A DNA stretch of 64,000 bases from an uncultured Methanoregulaceae archaeon (GTDB lineage Archaea > Halobacteriota > Methanomicrobia > Methanomicrobiales > Methanospirillaceae), in the NCBI GenBank assembly GCA_963705255.1, contig OY970061.1, forward strand, positions 704,001 through 768,000, read 5' to 3'. Below are positions 21,294 through 31,739 of the stretch, one piece after another. The position numbers and the translations under genes were made by a program. The number at the start of each line of letters is the position of its first letter. Within the stretch, counting starts at the first letter, position 1. The notes beneath the pieces are model-generated. The model did not search any database and was not told the origin of the DNA. It saw only the letters and a list, made by a program, of their open reading frames with translations.

Positions 21294-23953
21294 ATGGTAC
21301 CTGAACCACAGGAGCAGGACGAAAAACTCACGCCGGTCATGCGGCAGTACCGGGAGCTCAAGGCACAATACCCGGACACCGTGCTCCTCTTCCGGATAGG
21401 GGACTTCTACGAGACCTTCGAGGCTGACGCGGAGCTCATCTCGCGGGAGCTGGAGATCGTGCTCACCTCGCGGTCGAAGAGCGGGGACAACCGCGTTCCC
21501 CTCGCAGGTGTCCCGTACCACGCGGTGGACGGTTACATCGCGAAACTTATCGGCAAAGGCTACAAGGTGGCGGTCTGCGACCAGGTCGAAGACCCGAAGA
21601 CCGCGAAGGGGATCGTGAAACGCGGGATCACCCGGGTCATCACCCCTGGCACCGTGATCGACTCTTCGATGGTCCCCTCGTCAGCGGCATCCTACCTCAT
21701 GGCCCTCTGCCCGGACAAGAAGCGCAGCGAGTGGGGCATCGCTCTGCTCGACATCTCTACCGGGGAATTTTTTGTCACGGTTACCGGGCATGACAGCAGT
21801 TTCCAGAACGTGATCTCCGAGATCGCCCGGTACCGCCCGGCGGAATGCATCGTCCCGGCGGGGGTGAGCGGTGAACTGAGGCAGCGCATAGCGGACCAGG
21901 GCGTGGTCGTCACCCCGTTCCGGGACGAAGTCTTCGGGAACGATACCGCATTCCGCACCCTCACCGCCCACTTCCGCGTCGCATCGCTCGGCGGGTACGG
22001 GTGCGGGGAGAACGAAGCGGCGACCGGTGCAGCCGGTGCGGCCCTCGCGTATGCAAAAGAGACGCAATATTCGGAGCTCGGCCATATCAGCAGCCTTAGC
22101 CTGCGCACCTCCTCGCAGAGCATGATGCTCGACGCGATCACCCTGCGCAACCTCGAAGTCAGGGAGAGCATCCGCGGCGGTGCCCGGGGGGCAACCCTCC
22201 TCTCCTCCCTCGACCTGACCAAAACCCCGATGGGGAGCCGGCTCCTGAACCGGCACCTCACTCGCCCGCTGACGGATACCGGGGAGATCAACAGGCGGCT
22301 GGATGCCGTGGAATTCCTCGCCGCCCACACGGTGCTCCGCCTCGAGCTCCGCTCACAGCTCGCACGCTGCGCGGATATCGAGCGGATCGCGGCCCGGATA
22401 GCCTACGGGAACGCCGGGCCGCGCGATCTCCTTGCACTTGCCGGTTCGCTCTCGGCACTGCCGGAGCTGAAGAGGACGGCGGGTGACGCCGGGGGCGACA
22501 CCATCCCGGACGTGATCCGGACGGCAATTGCGGACATCCGGGATCTCCCGGAGACCATCGATCTCATACGGAAGGCCATCGGAGACGACCCCCCGGCAGT
22601 CGCCCGGAACGGCGGGGTGATCCGTACCGGGTACTCCACTGAACTCGACGGGATACGCGGGGTGCTGCACTCGGGGAAGGGATGGATCGCCGCGCTCCAG
22701 GAGAAAGAGCGGGAGCGGACCGGCATCAGGTCCCTCAAGATCGGGTACAACCGGATCTTCGGGTACTACATCGATGTGACGAAACCGAACCTGCACCTCG
22801 TCCCGCCCCACTACGAGCGGAGGCAGACGACCGCAACCGGTGAGCGGTATACCCTTCCCGAACTGAAGGAGAAGGAGTCGGTCATCACGAGCGCGGACGA
22901 ACGGGTGCTTGCGCTCGAACGCGATCTCTATACCGGGCTTATCGCTCTCCTCCGGAACATAATCCCCGATCTCCAGGCAACGGCACGGGGGATCGCGGTG
23001 CTGGACGTTTCCGCAAGCCTCGCGGAAGCGGCAAAGACCCGGGATTTCGTACGCCCGCAGCTGAACGACGGGGATGCCATCGTTATCCGCGACGGGAGGC
23101 ACCCGGTGGTGGAGCAGGGAGTCAGAGGGGGGTTCGTGCCCAACGACACCGAGCTCTCCGGGAGCAGGACCCAGATCATGATCATCACCGGCGCAAACAT
23201 GGCGGGGAAATCCACGTACATGCGTGCGACCGCACTCATCTGCATCATGGCACAGGCAGGCAGTTTTGTCCCCGCACGGCACGCGGCCATCGGGGTCATT
23301 GACCGGATCTTCACCCGGGTCGGGGCATTCGACGACCTCGCAAGCGGGCAGAGCACATTCTTCGTCGAGATGCTCGAACTGGCAAACATCCTCAACAATG
23401 TGACACCCAGGAGCCTTGTCATCCTGGATGAGATCGGGAGGGGGACGAGCACCGCGGACGGGTCTTCGATTGCAAGGGCCGTACTTGAGTTCCTTCACGG
23501 GAAAACCCGGCCGGGCCAAAGACGCTCTTTGCCACGCACTTCCACGAGCTGGTCGCCATGGAAGATACCCTCAGGCGGGTGAAAAACTACCACTTCGCGG
23601 TGCAGGAGACGAACAACGAGGTGATCTTCCTCCGCAGACTCATCCCGGGAGCGACCGACAAGAGCTATGGTATCCACGTGGCCCGGCTCGCCGGTATCCC
23701 GAAGAAGGTGACCGAACGGGCAGAAGCCCTCCTCAGCGAGAGCATGAACCGGGCCGTTCCTGCCGGCACCCGGCCTCAGCGGTATACCCAGATCCTGCTC
23801 GCCGATGACAGTGGGACGGATAAGATCCCTGCCCCCAACCCGGTTCTCGAAGAGCTCGCCAGGATAAAACCGGACGAGATGACGCCCCTGCAGGCCCTTG
23901 CAAAGATCGCAGAACTGCAGCGGTCGCTTGACAACAGCGGAGGCACACCATGA
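21294..23953 (+). CDS. mutS: DNA mismatch repair protein MutS (frameshift ~23510)
   Basis: TPVMRQY, GDFYETF, TGANMAGKSTYMR, STFFVEM, DEIGRGTST, SYGIHVARLAG. Confidence 0.95.
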
Positions 23954-25725
23954 GCAGCCCCCCGATCCGTATCCTGGATCCTGCCACCGTCAACCAGATC
24001 GCGGCCGGTGAAGTGGTGGAACGTCCTGCGTCCGTAGTGAAGGAGCTGGTGGAGAACGCGATCGATTCGGGCGCCCGGTCGATCAGGATCGAGCTCGCAT
24101 CCAACGGCGCATTGAACAGCATCAGGGTAACCGATGACGGGAGCGGGATGTCGGATGAGGATGCCCTGCTCGCATTCACCCCGCACGCGACGAGCAAGAT
24201 CGCGACGATCGATGACCTTCACCATATCCGCACGCTCGGCTTCCGGGGCGAGGCACTGGCAAGTATCGCTGCCGTCTCGCGCGTGACCCTCGTGACCAGA
24301 ACGGATGACGGGGCTGCCGGGACAAAGATCGTTATCGAGGGCGGAGAGATACAAGAGCATGCTGTCACCGGTGCACCGGCAGGCACCAGCGTGCTCGTCG
24401 GGGATCTCTTCTTCAACACCCCGGCACGGAAAAAGTTCCAGAAGAGCAGAAATACCGAGCTCGCCCATATCCACGCGATCATGGAAGGGATCTGCCTCGC
24501 TCACCCGGACATATCGTTCCGGCTCTTCCATAACCGCAACGAACAGCTGGTGACCGACAGCACGCCGGATATCCTTGACACGATTGCGCGCATCTACGGG
24601 GGCGATGCTGCCCGCGGACTGGTTCCCGTCAGTTTCTCACTGCCATTTATGACCGTCTCCGGTTATATCTCGCCCCCGTCACGCTCGCGCAAGGACAGTG
24701 CCCGGATGCTTGTCGCCATCAACCAGCGCTACATCTCTTCACCCCTCATCAACAACGCGATCCGGGAAGGCTACGGGACCCTGCTGCCGAAGGACCGGCT
24801 CCCGGTCACCTTCCTCAGGCTTGAGATCGATACCGGACTGGTAGACGTGAACGTACACCCGACGAAGAAGCTGGTGCGGCTCACCCGGGAGAAGGAGATC
24901 GGCGACGCGATCAAAGAAGCGGTGAGAACGGCCCTGCTGACCCATGATCTCATTCCTGCAGCAGAGGCCCCGCCGTTCGTGGGTCAATCACTCACGGCTG
25001 GACCAGCGGATCTCCCCGCCCCGGTTTATCACTATGCCGGTTCAGCCCCATCTGGTGTGAGCGAGACAAGTCACCCGGGTACTTCGGCAACCGACCGGCA
25101 ACTCCGGCAGACCGAGCTTGTCGCTGGCATCTCCCCCGTCATCCCGCTCCTTCCGGCAATGGAGGTTATCGGTGAATTTGGCGGCATCTACATCCTCGTG
25201 CGGATAGCTGGTGATGAACTCATCGTGATCGACCAGCATGCAGCCCACGAACGGATCCTGTACGAGCAGGTGACTGCCAGGCTCGTGGGCGAGCGCCGTT
25301 CGCAGGAGCTCATCGAACCGGTCGTCCTCTACCCGACGCACAGGGATGCTGCGATCATCCGCGACCTGCTCGCAGAACTCGCGCAGGAAGGGTTTGTTCT
25401 CGAGGACTTCGGCAGGGACTCCTTTCTTGTCCGTGCCGTCCCGGTCGTGCTCGGGCGGCTTGAGGAGACCGGGGTTATCGACGATATCATCAGCGATCTG
25501 GTGACCGGCGACCCGGCCCGGTCTGTCAGCAACCGCGAACGGATCACCCGCATCATCGCCTGCCGCGGCGCGATCAAGGCGGGCACGGTCTGCACGCAGG
25601 AGCAGTGCCAGCGCATAGTGAACCAGCTCCGGCTCACGAAAAACCCGTTCACCTGCCCGCATGGCCGCCCGACCATGATACGGTTTACCCGGGAAGATCT
25701 CGACGCGATGTTTAAACGAACCTGA
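23950..25725 (+). CDS. mutL: DNA mismatch repair endonuclease MutL
   Basis: NQIAAGEVVERPASVVKELVEN, GFRGEAL, DQHAAHERILYE, ACR, CPHGRP. Confidence 0.96.
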   Translation: MSSPPIRILDPATVNQIAAGEVVERPASVVKELVENAIDSGARSIRIELASNGALNSIRVTDDGSGMSDEDALLAFTPHATSKIATIDDLHHIRTLGFRGEALASIAAVSRVTLVTRTDDGAAGTKIVIEGGEIQEHAVTGAPAGTSVLVGDLFFNTPARKKFQKSRNTELAHIHAIMEGICLAHPDISFRLFHNRNEQLVTDSTPDILDTIARIYGGDAARGLVPVSFSLPFMTVSGYISPPSRSRKDSARMLVAINQRYISSPLINNAIREGYGTLLPKDRLPVTFLRLEIDTGLVDVNVHPTKKLVRLTREKEIGDAIKEAVRTALLTHDLIPAAEAPPFVGQSLTAGPADLPAPVYHYAGSAPSGVSETSHPGTSATDRQLRQTELVAGISPVIPLLPAMEVIGEFGGIYILVRIAGDELIVIDQHAAHERILYEQVTARLVGERRSQELIEPVVLYPTHRDAAIIRDLLAELAQEGFVLEDFGRDSFLVRAVPVVLGRLEETGVIDDIISDLVTGDPARSVSNRERITRIIACRGAIKAGTVCTQEQCQRIVNQLRLTKNPFTCPHGRPTMIRFTREDLDAMFKRT

Positions 25726-25772
25726 TGGTTCGTTATAAACTCCTCCGGATGTTCAAACGAACCTGATGGTTC
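25707..25772. repeat. 25-bp direct repeat pair overlapping the mutL stop
   Basis: GATGTTTAAACGAACCTGATGGTTC (25707-25731) and GATGTTCAAACGAACCTGATGGTTC (25748-25772), one mismatch. Confidence 0.85.
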
Positions 25773-25797
25773 ATCAGCTGTTTTTCATTTTGGTTAT

Positions 25798-25911
25798 GAT
25801 GAACGCCGCCGCCCCCGGCGGGGCGCTCCCGCGGCGGGCCAATTACCTAAAATTCCAAAAAAAGTTCTTGCTCCGCCGTGCCCCAGAGGGGCCCTGAGGC
25901 GGGGAACCCTC
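25798..25911 (+). repeat. structured intergenic repeat, copy 2
   Basis: Closely similar to the core of copy 1 over ~114 bp. Confidence 0.9.
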
Positions 25912-26049
25912 CCGAATATCGGTCCTTTCATCAATTTCGTTTAACTTCAAACGCAGTTTGTCCGATTCACGAATAGAAGTGGAATAAAAAACTCATTTTG
26001 TTACTACCTGAACTGTTATGACACCGACAGTGAAAACATAAGCACGAAC

Positions 26050-26955
26050 ATGCACCGTGCCTCCACAAATACTCCGGTTACCGGTTGTCGGACAAGACCA
26101 GATTCGGTTGAATCCCCGCATGCCGGGAATGAGAGTACTATCCCCAGTATCCCGGAGTTCCAGCGCATCGTCCTCTCGCACTATGAGCAGTACGGCCGTA
26201 CGATGCCATGGCGGAGCACCCCCGATCCGTACGCTGTTTTTGTTTCAGAGATCATGCTCCAGCAGACGCAGGTCGAACGGGTCATGGAGAAGTTCCCGGC
26301 ACTCATCTCCGCCTGTCCTGACTTCGCCTCCCTTGCCGCTGCATCGATCCCGGACGTGCTTGCCGCCTGGCAGGGACTGGGGTATAACCGGCGGGCCCTG
26401 GCACTTCGGGCCTGTGCGGAAATTGTCACGAGCCGGTATGGGGGTGTCCTTCCGGCCGATCCCGGCATTCTATCCGGCTTCCCCGGTATCGGCCACGCAA
26501 CCGCCTCGTCCATCTGCGCGTTCGCATTCAACATGCCGGTCGTCTTCATCGAGACCAATATCCGGCGGGTCTTCATCCATTATTTCTTTCCGGGAGACGG
26601 CGTGGTCAGCGACAGCGAGATCCTTCCCCTCGTCGAACAGGCCCTTTACCGGGAGAACCCCCGTGTCTGGTACTGGGCGCTGATGGACCTCGGCACATCC
26701 CTTAAAAAGAGCGTGCCCAACCCGAACCGCCGCAGCAGGCACTATGCCCGGCAGTCCGCATTCGAGGGGTCGGACCGGCAGGTCCGGGGGATGGTGCTCA
26801 GGCTGCTGCTCGCCAGGGGGGAGATGGCCCGGGACGAGATTGCCGGGAACTGTTCCGCTGATAAAGAGCGGGTCCTGAAGGTCCTCGCCGGGCTCGAACG
26901 GGAAGGGTTCATCCGGAGAACTGGAGAGATACTGGCCCTTTCCAGCGGAACCTGA
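26050..26955 (+). CDS. HhH-GPD A/G-specific adenine glycosylase (MutY-like); start uncertain
   Basis: MPWR..DPY..VSEIMLQQTQV, WQGLGYNRRA, PGIGHATA, ETNIRRV. Confidence 0.88.
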   Translation: MHRASTNTPVTGCRTRPDSVESPHAGNESTIPSIPEFQRIVLSHYEQYGRTMPWRSTPDPYAVFVSEIMLQQTQVERVMEKFPALISACPDFASLAAASIPDVLAAWQGLGYNRRALALRACAEIVTSRYGGVLPADPGILSGFPGIGHATASSICAFAFNMPVVFIETNIRRVFIHYFFPGDGVVSDSEILPLVEQALYRENPRVWYWALMDLGTSLKKSVPNPNRRSRHYARQSAFEGSDRQVRGMVLRLLLARGEMARDEIAGNCSADKERVLKVLAGLEREGFIRRTGEILALSSGT

Positions 26956-27102
26956 CCTTATCCATCGGAACGGGTTGAAGCGGCTATGCCCGCTTGAACG
27001 CTTCCTTTTTCCAGGCAGGCGGCCCGGCTCCAGCGGGTACCAACCAAGATTTGATATGAGGGTATCCACCATACATCGATCAGCAGAACGGGTGACGAGG
27101 AC

Positions 27103-27627
27103 ATGACGGACACCGGTCAGATCCCCGACGAGGTAAAATGGCGCATCGCAGCGGACTTTGCCGCACGGCTCCCGGCACTCTACGAGCAGGCGTTCCGGAG
27201 CGTGGTCGGTGAACGCTACGACGAGATCGAGCAGGAAGTCTGGATGGAACTTTCGCGCACCGCGTTTACCATCGCCCACAACCTCGCTCTGCCGGTTGGT
27301 AACGCCCGGGAACTCGCGGATTCCCTGCGGGTCGTCATGAACATCCTGTTCGGGCCGGAGTTCAGGGGCGAGACGCTGGAAGTCTCGAAGGACGGGGCAG
27401 TCATCCTCGTGAAGCGGTGCCCCTTCCTCTCCCAGGAATACGATTCCGGCAGCAGCGGCGAACAGGTATTCCACCGCTGCATGGCATTCGTCCTGATGAG
27501 CACCCCCGGCCTGAACAAAAAATATTCAGCCCGGTACGTGCGCACGATGTGCACGGGTGACCGCCAGTGCGAGATCAAGATAGCGGAGGGAGAACCGGAC
27601 GCAGCAGGTGCGAAGAAAAAGGGATAA
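27103..27627 (+). CDS. hypothetical protein, possible V4R/ATC-hydrolase-like ligand-binding fold
   Basis: KRCPF..C..MCTGDRQCEIKI Cys pattern. Confidence 0.6.
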   Translation: MTDTGQIPDEVKWRIAADFAARLPALYEQAFRSVVGERYDEIEQEVWMELSRTAFTIAHNLALPVGNARELADSLRVVMNILFGPEFRGETLEVSKDGAVILVKRCPFLSQEYDSGSSGEQVFHRCMAFVLMSTPGLNKKYSARYVRTMCTGDRQCEIKIAEGEPDAAGAKKKG

Positions 27628-27646
27628 GGGAGCAGAGGGGGGCCGG

Positions 27647-27823
27647 TTATTTCAGGTAATACCCGACGACCACCAGAACCAATCCAAGGTAGAACATGAG
27701 ACTGAAATACTGGGAAATCCCCGGAAAAACGGTATCAAAGTTTTTCAAATACGGTATAAACAGCATGATCAGACCAACGATAAATACCACGATACTCATT
27801 TGCGTTTTTGTTGCCTTGTCCAT
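27647..27823 (-). CDS. small two-TM membrane protein (below ORF-track cutoff)
   Basis: Manual translation MDKATKTQMSIVVFIVGLIMLFIPYLKNFDTVFPGISQYFSLMFYLGLVLVVVGYYLK*. Confidence 0.6.
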   Translation of the reverse strand: MDKATKTQMSIVVFIVGLIMLFIPYLKNFDTVFPGISQYFSLMFYLGLVLVVVGYYLK

Positions 27824-27907
27824 GGAAACAAACCTTCTTTCATGAATTATCAGGTTCCGGACTAAAAAAGGTGCGCTGCCGCCCTGCAGTCCGGTACGGC
27901 ACCGGGG

Positions 27908-28489
27908 TCAGAAATTCCCGATGAAGAGCGAGTAAAGGGCAGCGGACGGTTCGGGCGGGGACTCAATAGTCTTTACAAGGATCTTCTCCTCGGGATACCC
28001 GAGGTTCTCGCAGAGGGCGACCTGGATGGGGGGGGAAAGTGCTGCAAGCCGGGAATAGAGCTCCCTGACATTGAACTTCGGGTCGGCAAGGAGAAAGACT
28101 ATCTTTCCCCGCTTCACCTCGTCCACGGTCTCGGCCATGCCTTTCTCGTGACCCCTTCCATGGGCGACGACGACAGAGACGCGCGAGAGGGGGATATGGA
28201 GCCGGGCGGACGCGACCTGGAGGGACGAGATGCCCGGGATTACCTCCCCGGAGAGGTACCCGAGCCCGGCGAGCATGGGGTCCCCGGTCGAAAGGAGGAC
28301 AGCGTCGGTATGGAGTTTGCCGAGGTTCTTGTAATCATCGATCGACCTGATCATGCACCCCTCGGGCAGGTATGCCCGGGCGAGCCCGATTGCCCGCTCG
28401 GAGCCGAATACCGTCCGCGCCCTCCTGAGTTCCTTGATCGCCTGCTCGGTGAGCATCCCCGGGCCGCAACCGACACCGATAATCTTCAT
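27908..28489 (-). CDS. cbiE: cobalt-precorrin-7 C5-methyltransferase
   Basis: GVGCGPG, STGDPMLAGLG, IPGISSLQ, ENLGYPEE; operon context. Confidence 0.88.
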   Translation of the reverse strand: MKIIGVGCGPGMLTEQAIKELRRARTVFGSERAIGLARAYLPEGCMIRSIDDYKNLGKLHTDAVLLSTGDPMLAGLGYLSGEVIPGISSLQVASARLHIPLSRVSVVVAHGRGHEKGMAETVDEVKRGKIVFLLADPKFNVRELYSRLAALSPPIQVALCENLGYPEEKILVKTIESPPEPSAALYSLFIGNF

Positions 28490-29490
28490 GGACTCTCCCC
28501 GATAACCGTACCGTTCCGGTCCACCAGTATGACCCTGACATCGGGACGGAGCCGCCGGAAGTCCGTAAGGGTCTTTTCAACGATCGCTGCAAAGCCCGGG
28601 GTTGCCGAGAGTTCCTCCACGGTCGCTGCACCGGTCCCGTCAAGGATCCCGGGACTGATATACCGGAGGATGAGGGCCGGGAGGCCGCAGAGGACGACCT
28701 TTCCGCGTGACGCCGCAAGCGCCTCGCCGATCTTCCCGCCAATGAGGATCACGTCCCGGTCCGGGAAGAGGAGGCGTGCATAGCGCAGCCCGACCCGCCC
28801 GGTGGTCAGCACGGGACGGTCTGCTGCTGCAACCCGTTCGGCCATTGACTCGGTCAAATGGTCGTCCCAGGGTTCGACGAGCCCGGTGGTCCCGAGAACC
28901 GAGATCCCGCCTTCCACGCCGACACGCGGGTTCAGTGTCTGCTGCCCGACCTCCCGCCCTTCCGGAATATGAAGGGTCACCCGGACTCCGGGAAGCCCGG
29001 TGATATCGAGTGCTTCCCGGATCGAAGAGTGCAGGCATTCGAGCGCCGGCGGGCTCACGGCGGGGGCCCCCTTTTTGTACCGGGGGGTATCCCGCGAGAA
29101 CCTGCCGACCCCCTCGCCGAATACGAGATGGACCCCGTGGGAATACGGGACTGCTTCGGCAACGAATTCTATCCCTGCAGTAACATCCGAAGGGTAATCC
29201 CCGCCGAATTTCCTGCCGGATGCCCGCCCGCCGTTTGCGTCTACCGGAACTTCGAGAACAAGACCGCACGGGATCCGGACCGGGACTGATTTCACGTCCC
29301 CCGACAGGGAAAGAACCGCGGCCTTGGACACGGCAGCAGCGGTCGTGCCGGTCGTAAAACCCCGTACCAGCACGGTGCCGGACGAGGTCAGGACGGCGAG
29401 GCCCTGTTTCACCAGCGTCAGCTTGTCGGGTGACCGGCACTTCCCCACCCATGCCTCCGGGTATTCAAAGCCGCTGACCGGGTCCAGCAT
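28486..29490 (-). CDS. cbiD: cobalt-precorrin-5B C1-methyltransferase
   Basis: RGFTTGTTAAA, DVT, GEGVG, TLNPRVGVEGGISVLGTTG. Confidence 0.92.
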   Translation of the reverse strand: MLDPVSGFEYPEAWVGKCRSPDKLTLVKQGLAVLTSSGTVLVRGFTTGTTAAAVSKAAVLSLSGDVKSVPVRIPCGLVLEVPVDANGGRASGRKFGGDYPSDVTAGIEFVAEAVPYSHGVHLVFGEGVGRFSRDTPRYKKGAPAVSPPALECLHSSIREALDITGLPGVRVTLHIPEGREVGQQTLNPRVGVEGGISVLGTTGLVEPWDDHLTESMAERVAAADRPVLTTGRVGLRYARLLFPDRDVILIGGKIGEALAASRGKVVLCGLPALILRYISPGILDGTGAATVEELSATPGFAAIVEKTLTDFRRLRPDVRVILVDRNGTVIGESP

Positions 29491-30151
29491 CTCCGTTACC
29501 CTCGATGAAGATGGTGATGCACTCGTTGATCGCTGCGACGGCAACCGGCGTGCCCCCCCGCGTCCCCTCGGTAGAGATGGACGGGATATCGATAGTGCGG
29601 AGGAGTTCCTTGGACTCGGCCGCGTTGACAAAACCTACCGGAGTACCTATGACCACCGCCGGCCTGACGCCTTCCCGGATCATCGCGCAGAGCGTGATGA
29701 GGGCCGAAGGCGCATTGCCGATGACGACAATCGAACCTTCCAGCTGTTCACGGAGAGCGATAACCCCGGCCGAGCTCCGGGTGATTCCCCGTTCCGACGC
29801 GATCTCTGCCCCGGAGTCCAGGGCGCAGAGTACGGGGCAGGCGTGCCCCTTCTTCTGGATGCCCGCCTGGACCATCCGGATATCGGTGATGATCGGTGCA
29901 CTGCGCCGGAGTGCCCCGAGCGCTGCAGGGACCGGGTCGTACCGGAACCGCATCAGCTCCGCCATGCCGAAATCGCCCACTGCCACGGAACACCGCTGCT
30001 TCACGCGGTCCTCGTCAGTCGTATTGCCGATAACTCCCCGTGCAAGAGTACGTGACTTTTTTGAGATCTCGTACGCTTCCTTCGTCTCTGCGCCGGGATC
30101 AATATACGTATTTGCGGTGGTATCCCCGTGGCGTGATAATTCCTTTGACAT
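29465..30151 (-). CDS. cbiC: precorrin-8X methylmutase
   Basis: ITDIRMVQAGI, TRS, IGNAPSAL, PVGFVNAAESK, RGGTPVA. Confidence 0.92.
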   Translation of the reverse strand: MSKELSRHGDTTANTYIDPGAETKEAYEISKKSRTLARGVIGNTTDEDRVKQRCSVAVGDFGMAELMRFRYDPVPAALGALRRSAPIITDIRMVQAGIQKKGHACPVLCALDSGAEIASERGITRSSAGVIALREQLEGSIVVIGNAPSALITLCAMIREGVRPAVVIGTPVGFVNAAESKELLRTIDIPSISTEGTRGGTPVAVAAINECITIFIEGNGDAGPGQRL

Positions 30152-30883
30152 TCTCTCCCATCCTCCAGATCCTGCTCTCGCTCCCCCCGATGATGACGGT
30201 GCTGTGCATATCAACGGTCTCCTCACACTCCTCTATCTCCCCGAGGGTGGTGACGATGGTCTTCTCGCCGTCCCGGAGCGCATTTTTGACGATCGCTACG
30301 GGCGTCGCGGGAGCGAGGTATTTCCGGGCATGACTGACCGCGAGTGCGAAGTTGTGCGGCCGCCCCGGCTCTTCGGGTTATAGAGCACTACCGGGATGCC
30401 GACGGAAAAGACCGCGTCGAGCCTCTGCTCGATCACCTCCAGCGGCGTGAGGAGGTCCGACAGGCTGATAACGGCAAAATCCCCCGAGAGCGGAGACCCG
30501 ACCCGGGACGCTGCGGCATTCGCCGCCGTCACCCCGGGAATGACCTCGACATCGACTGCCGCACCGCTGTTCTCAAGCACCTCGAGCACGATGCTCGCCA
30601 TGCCATAGACCCCGGCATCGCCCCCGGAGACGATGGCAACAGCATGGGAGCGGGCGAGATCAATGGCCTGCTGTGCCCGTTCCACCTCCCTGCCCATCGA
30701 GCTCCGGATCACGTTCTTGCCTGCCAGCAGCGGCCCGAGCGGCTCCAGGTACAAGGCATTGCCGATCACGTACTCGGCGGCGGCAATCGCCTTGAGGGCC
30801 CTCATGGTCATATATTCCCGCCGTCCCGGGCCAAGCCCGACGATGGTGAGGCCGCCCCGGGGTTCTTCAGCGTGCGATGGCAA
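30099..30883 (-). CDS. cbiH: precorrin-3B C17-methyltransferase (frameshift ~30360)
   Basis: VGLGPG, MGREVERA, SGGDAGVYGMA, ISLSDLLTP, YNPKS; second frame ends ITPRGY. Confidence 0.9.
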
Positions 30884-31739
30884 CCGTAACTCTCCCGTAT
30901 ACGTTCTTTCCCATGACGAGTTCCTTCTTCCGTGCAACGGCCAGTGCGCAGGGTTCGGCCACACCCTGCAGCCCGATCCGCGTGGCCCGGGATTTCGAGA
31001 CCCCCCGCTGTGCGTTTATTGTTTCATCGTCAAGGAATATTAAATTGCCAGAGAGGGCCGAGATCCCTTCCGCAAGACCCGTCTCGCCCAGCTTCTTTTC
31101 CGTGGTGGCAAAGACAAGCACCTCGGTTTTGGATATCCCCGAATCCGAAAGGGCTGCCCGGACCGCGTCCACCACTTCCCCGGACGTTATGCCTTTCCGG
31201 CACCCGATGCCCACCGTGTATTCGCCTTTCCTCAGAAGGACAGACACACCGGGAGCGGCGATGACAATCCCGGGCCCGCCGACGGCATGGACCGGGACGT
31301 CGACATCCAGCAGGGCCGCGTTCACCGCCCGGGTCGAGTCCCGGTTGAGGACGGAGAACCCGCCCCGCTCCGCGATCCCTTCGACAGAATCGCGCCCGGT
31401 CGCCTCGGTAGCCGTTGTGATCACCGGGCAGAGCCCGAGCCCGGACAATTCCCTTGCAAGGCTGTTCGCGCCGTGGTGGCCCCCCAGCAAAGGTACCGCA
31501 TACCGCATATCCGGGCTGACGATGACAATGGCCGGGTCGTTCCACTTGTCCGTGAGGAGCGGGGCGATCCTGCGCACGACGATTCCCATGGACATGACCG
31601 CAACGATCCGCCTGGCCTCCGGGAACAGTTCAGGAAAAATCTCCGGGGTATAGTCCCGCACTTCCGCGCCGAGGAATACACCGATCCGTTCTGCTTCCTT
31701 CCGGAATCGGGGGAGTGCGATGACCACGGTGTCAGTCAT
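30867..31739 (-). CDS. cbiG: cobalt-precorrin-5A hydrolase
   Basis: GIVVRRIAP..DKWNDPA, LGGHHGAN, ITTAT, VGIGCRKG, GVAEPCAL. Confidence 0.93.
   Translation of the reverse strand: MTDTVVIALPRFRKEAERIGVFLGAEVRDYTPEIFPELFPEARRIVAVMSMGIVVRRIAPLLTDKWNDPAIVIVSPDMRYAVPLLGGHHGANSLARELSGLGLCPVITTATEATGRDSVEGIAERGGFSVLNRDSTRAVNAALLDVDVPVHAVGGPGIVIAAPGVSVLLRKGEYTVGIGCRKGITSGEVVDAVRAALSDSGISKTEVLVFATTEKKLGETGLAEGISALSGNLIFLDDETINAQRGVSKSRATRIGLQGVAEPCALAVARKKELVMGKNVYGRVTVAIAR

Noticed and set aside
1-25725. Dam-type methylase plus MutS/MutL as methyl-directed mismatch repair
   Set aside because: No MutH seen; MutL has its own DQHAxxExxxxE endonuclease motif; the methylase is ~20 kb away and its upstream context is outside the window
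25715-25772. LexA/SOS box (GAAC-N4-GTTC)
   Set aside because: Spacing here is N6, and LexA regulation is not expected in this archaeal lineage
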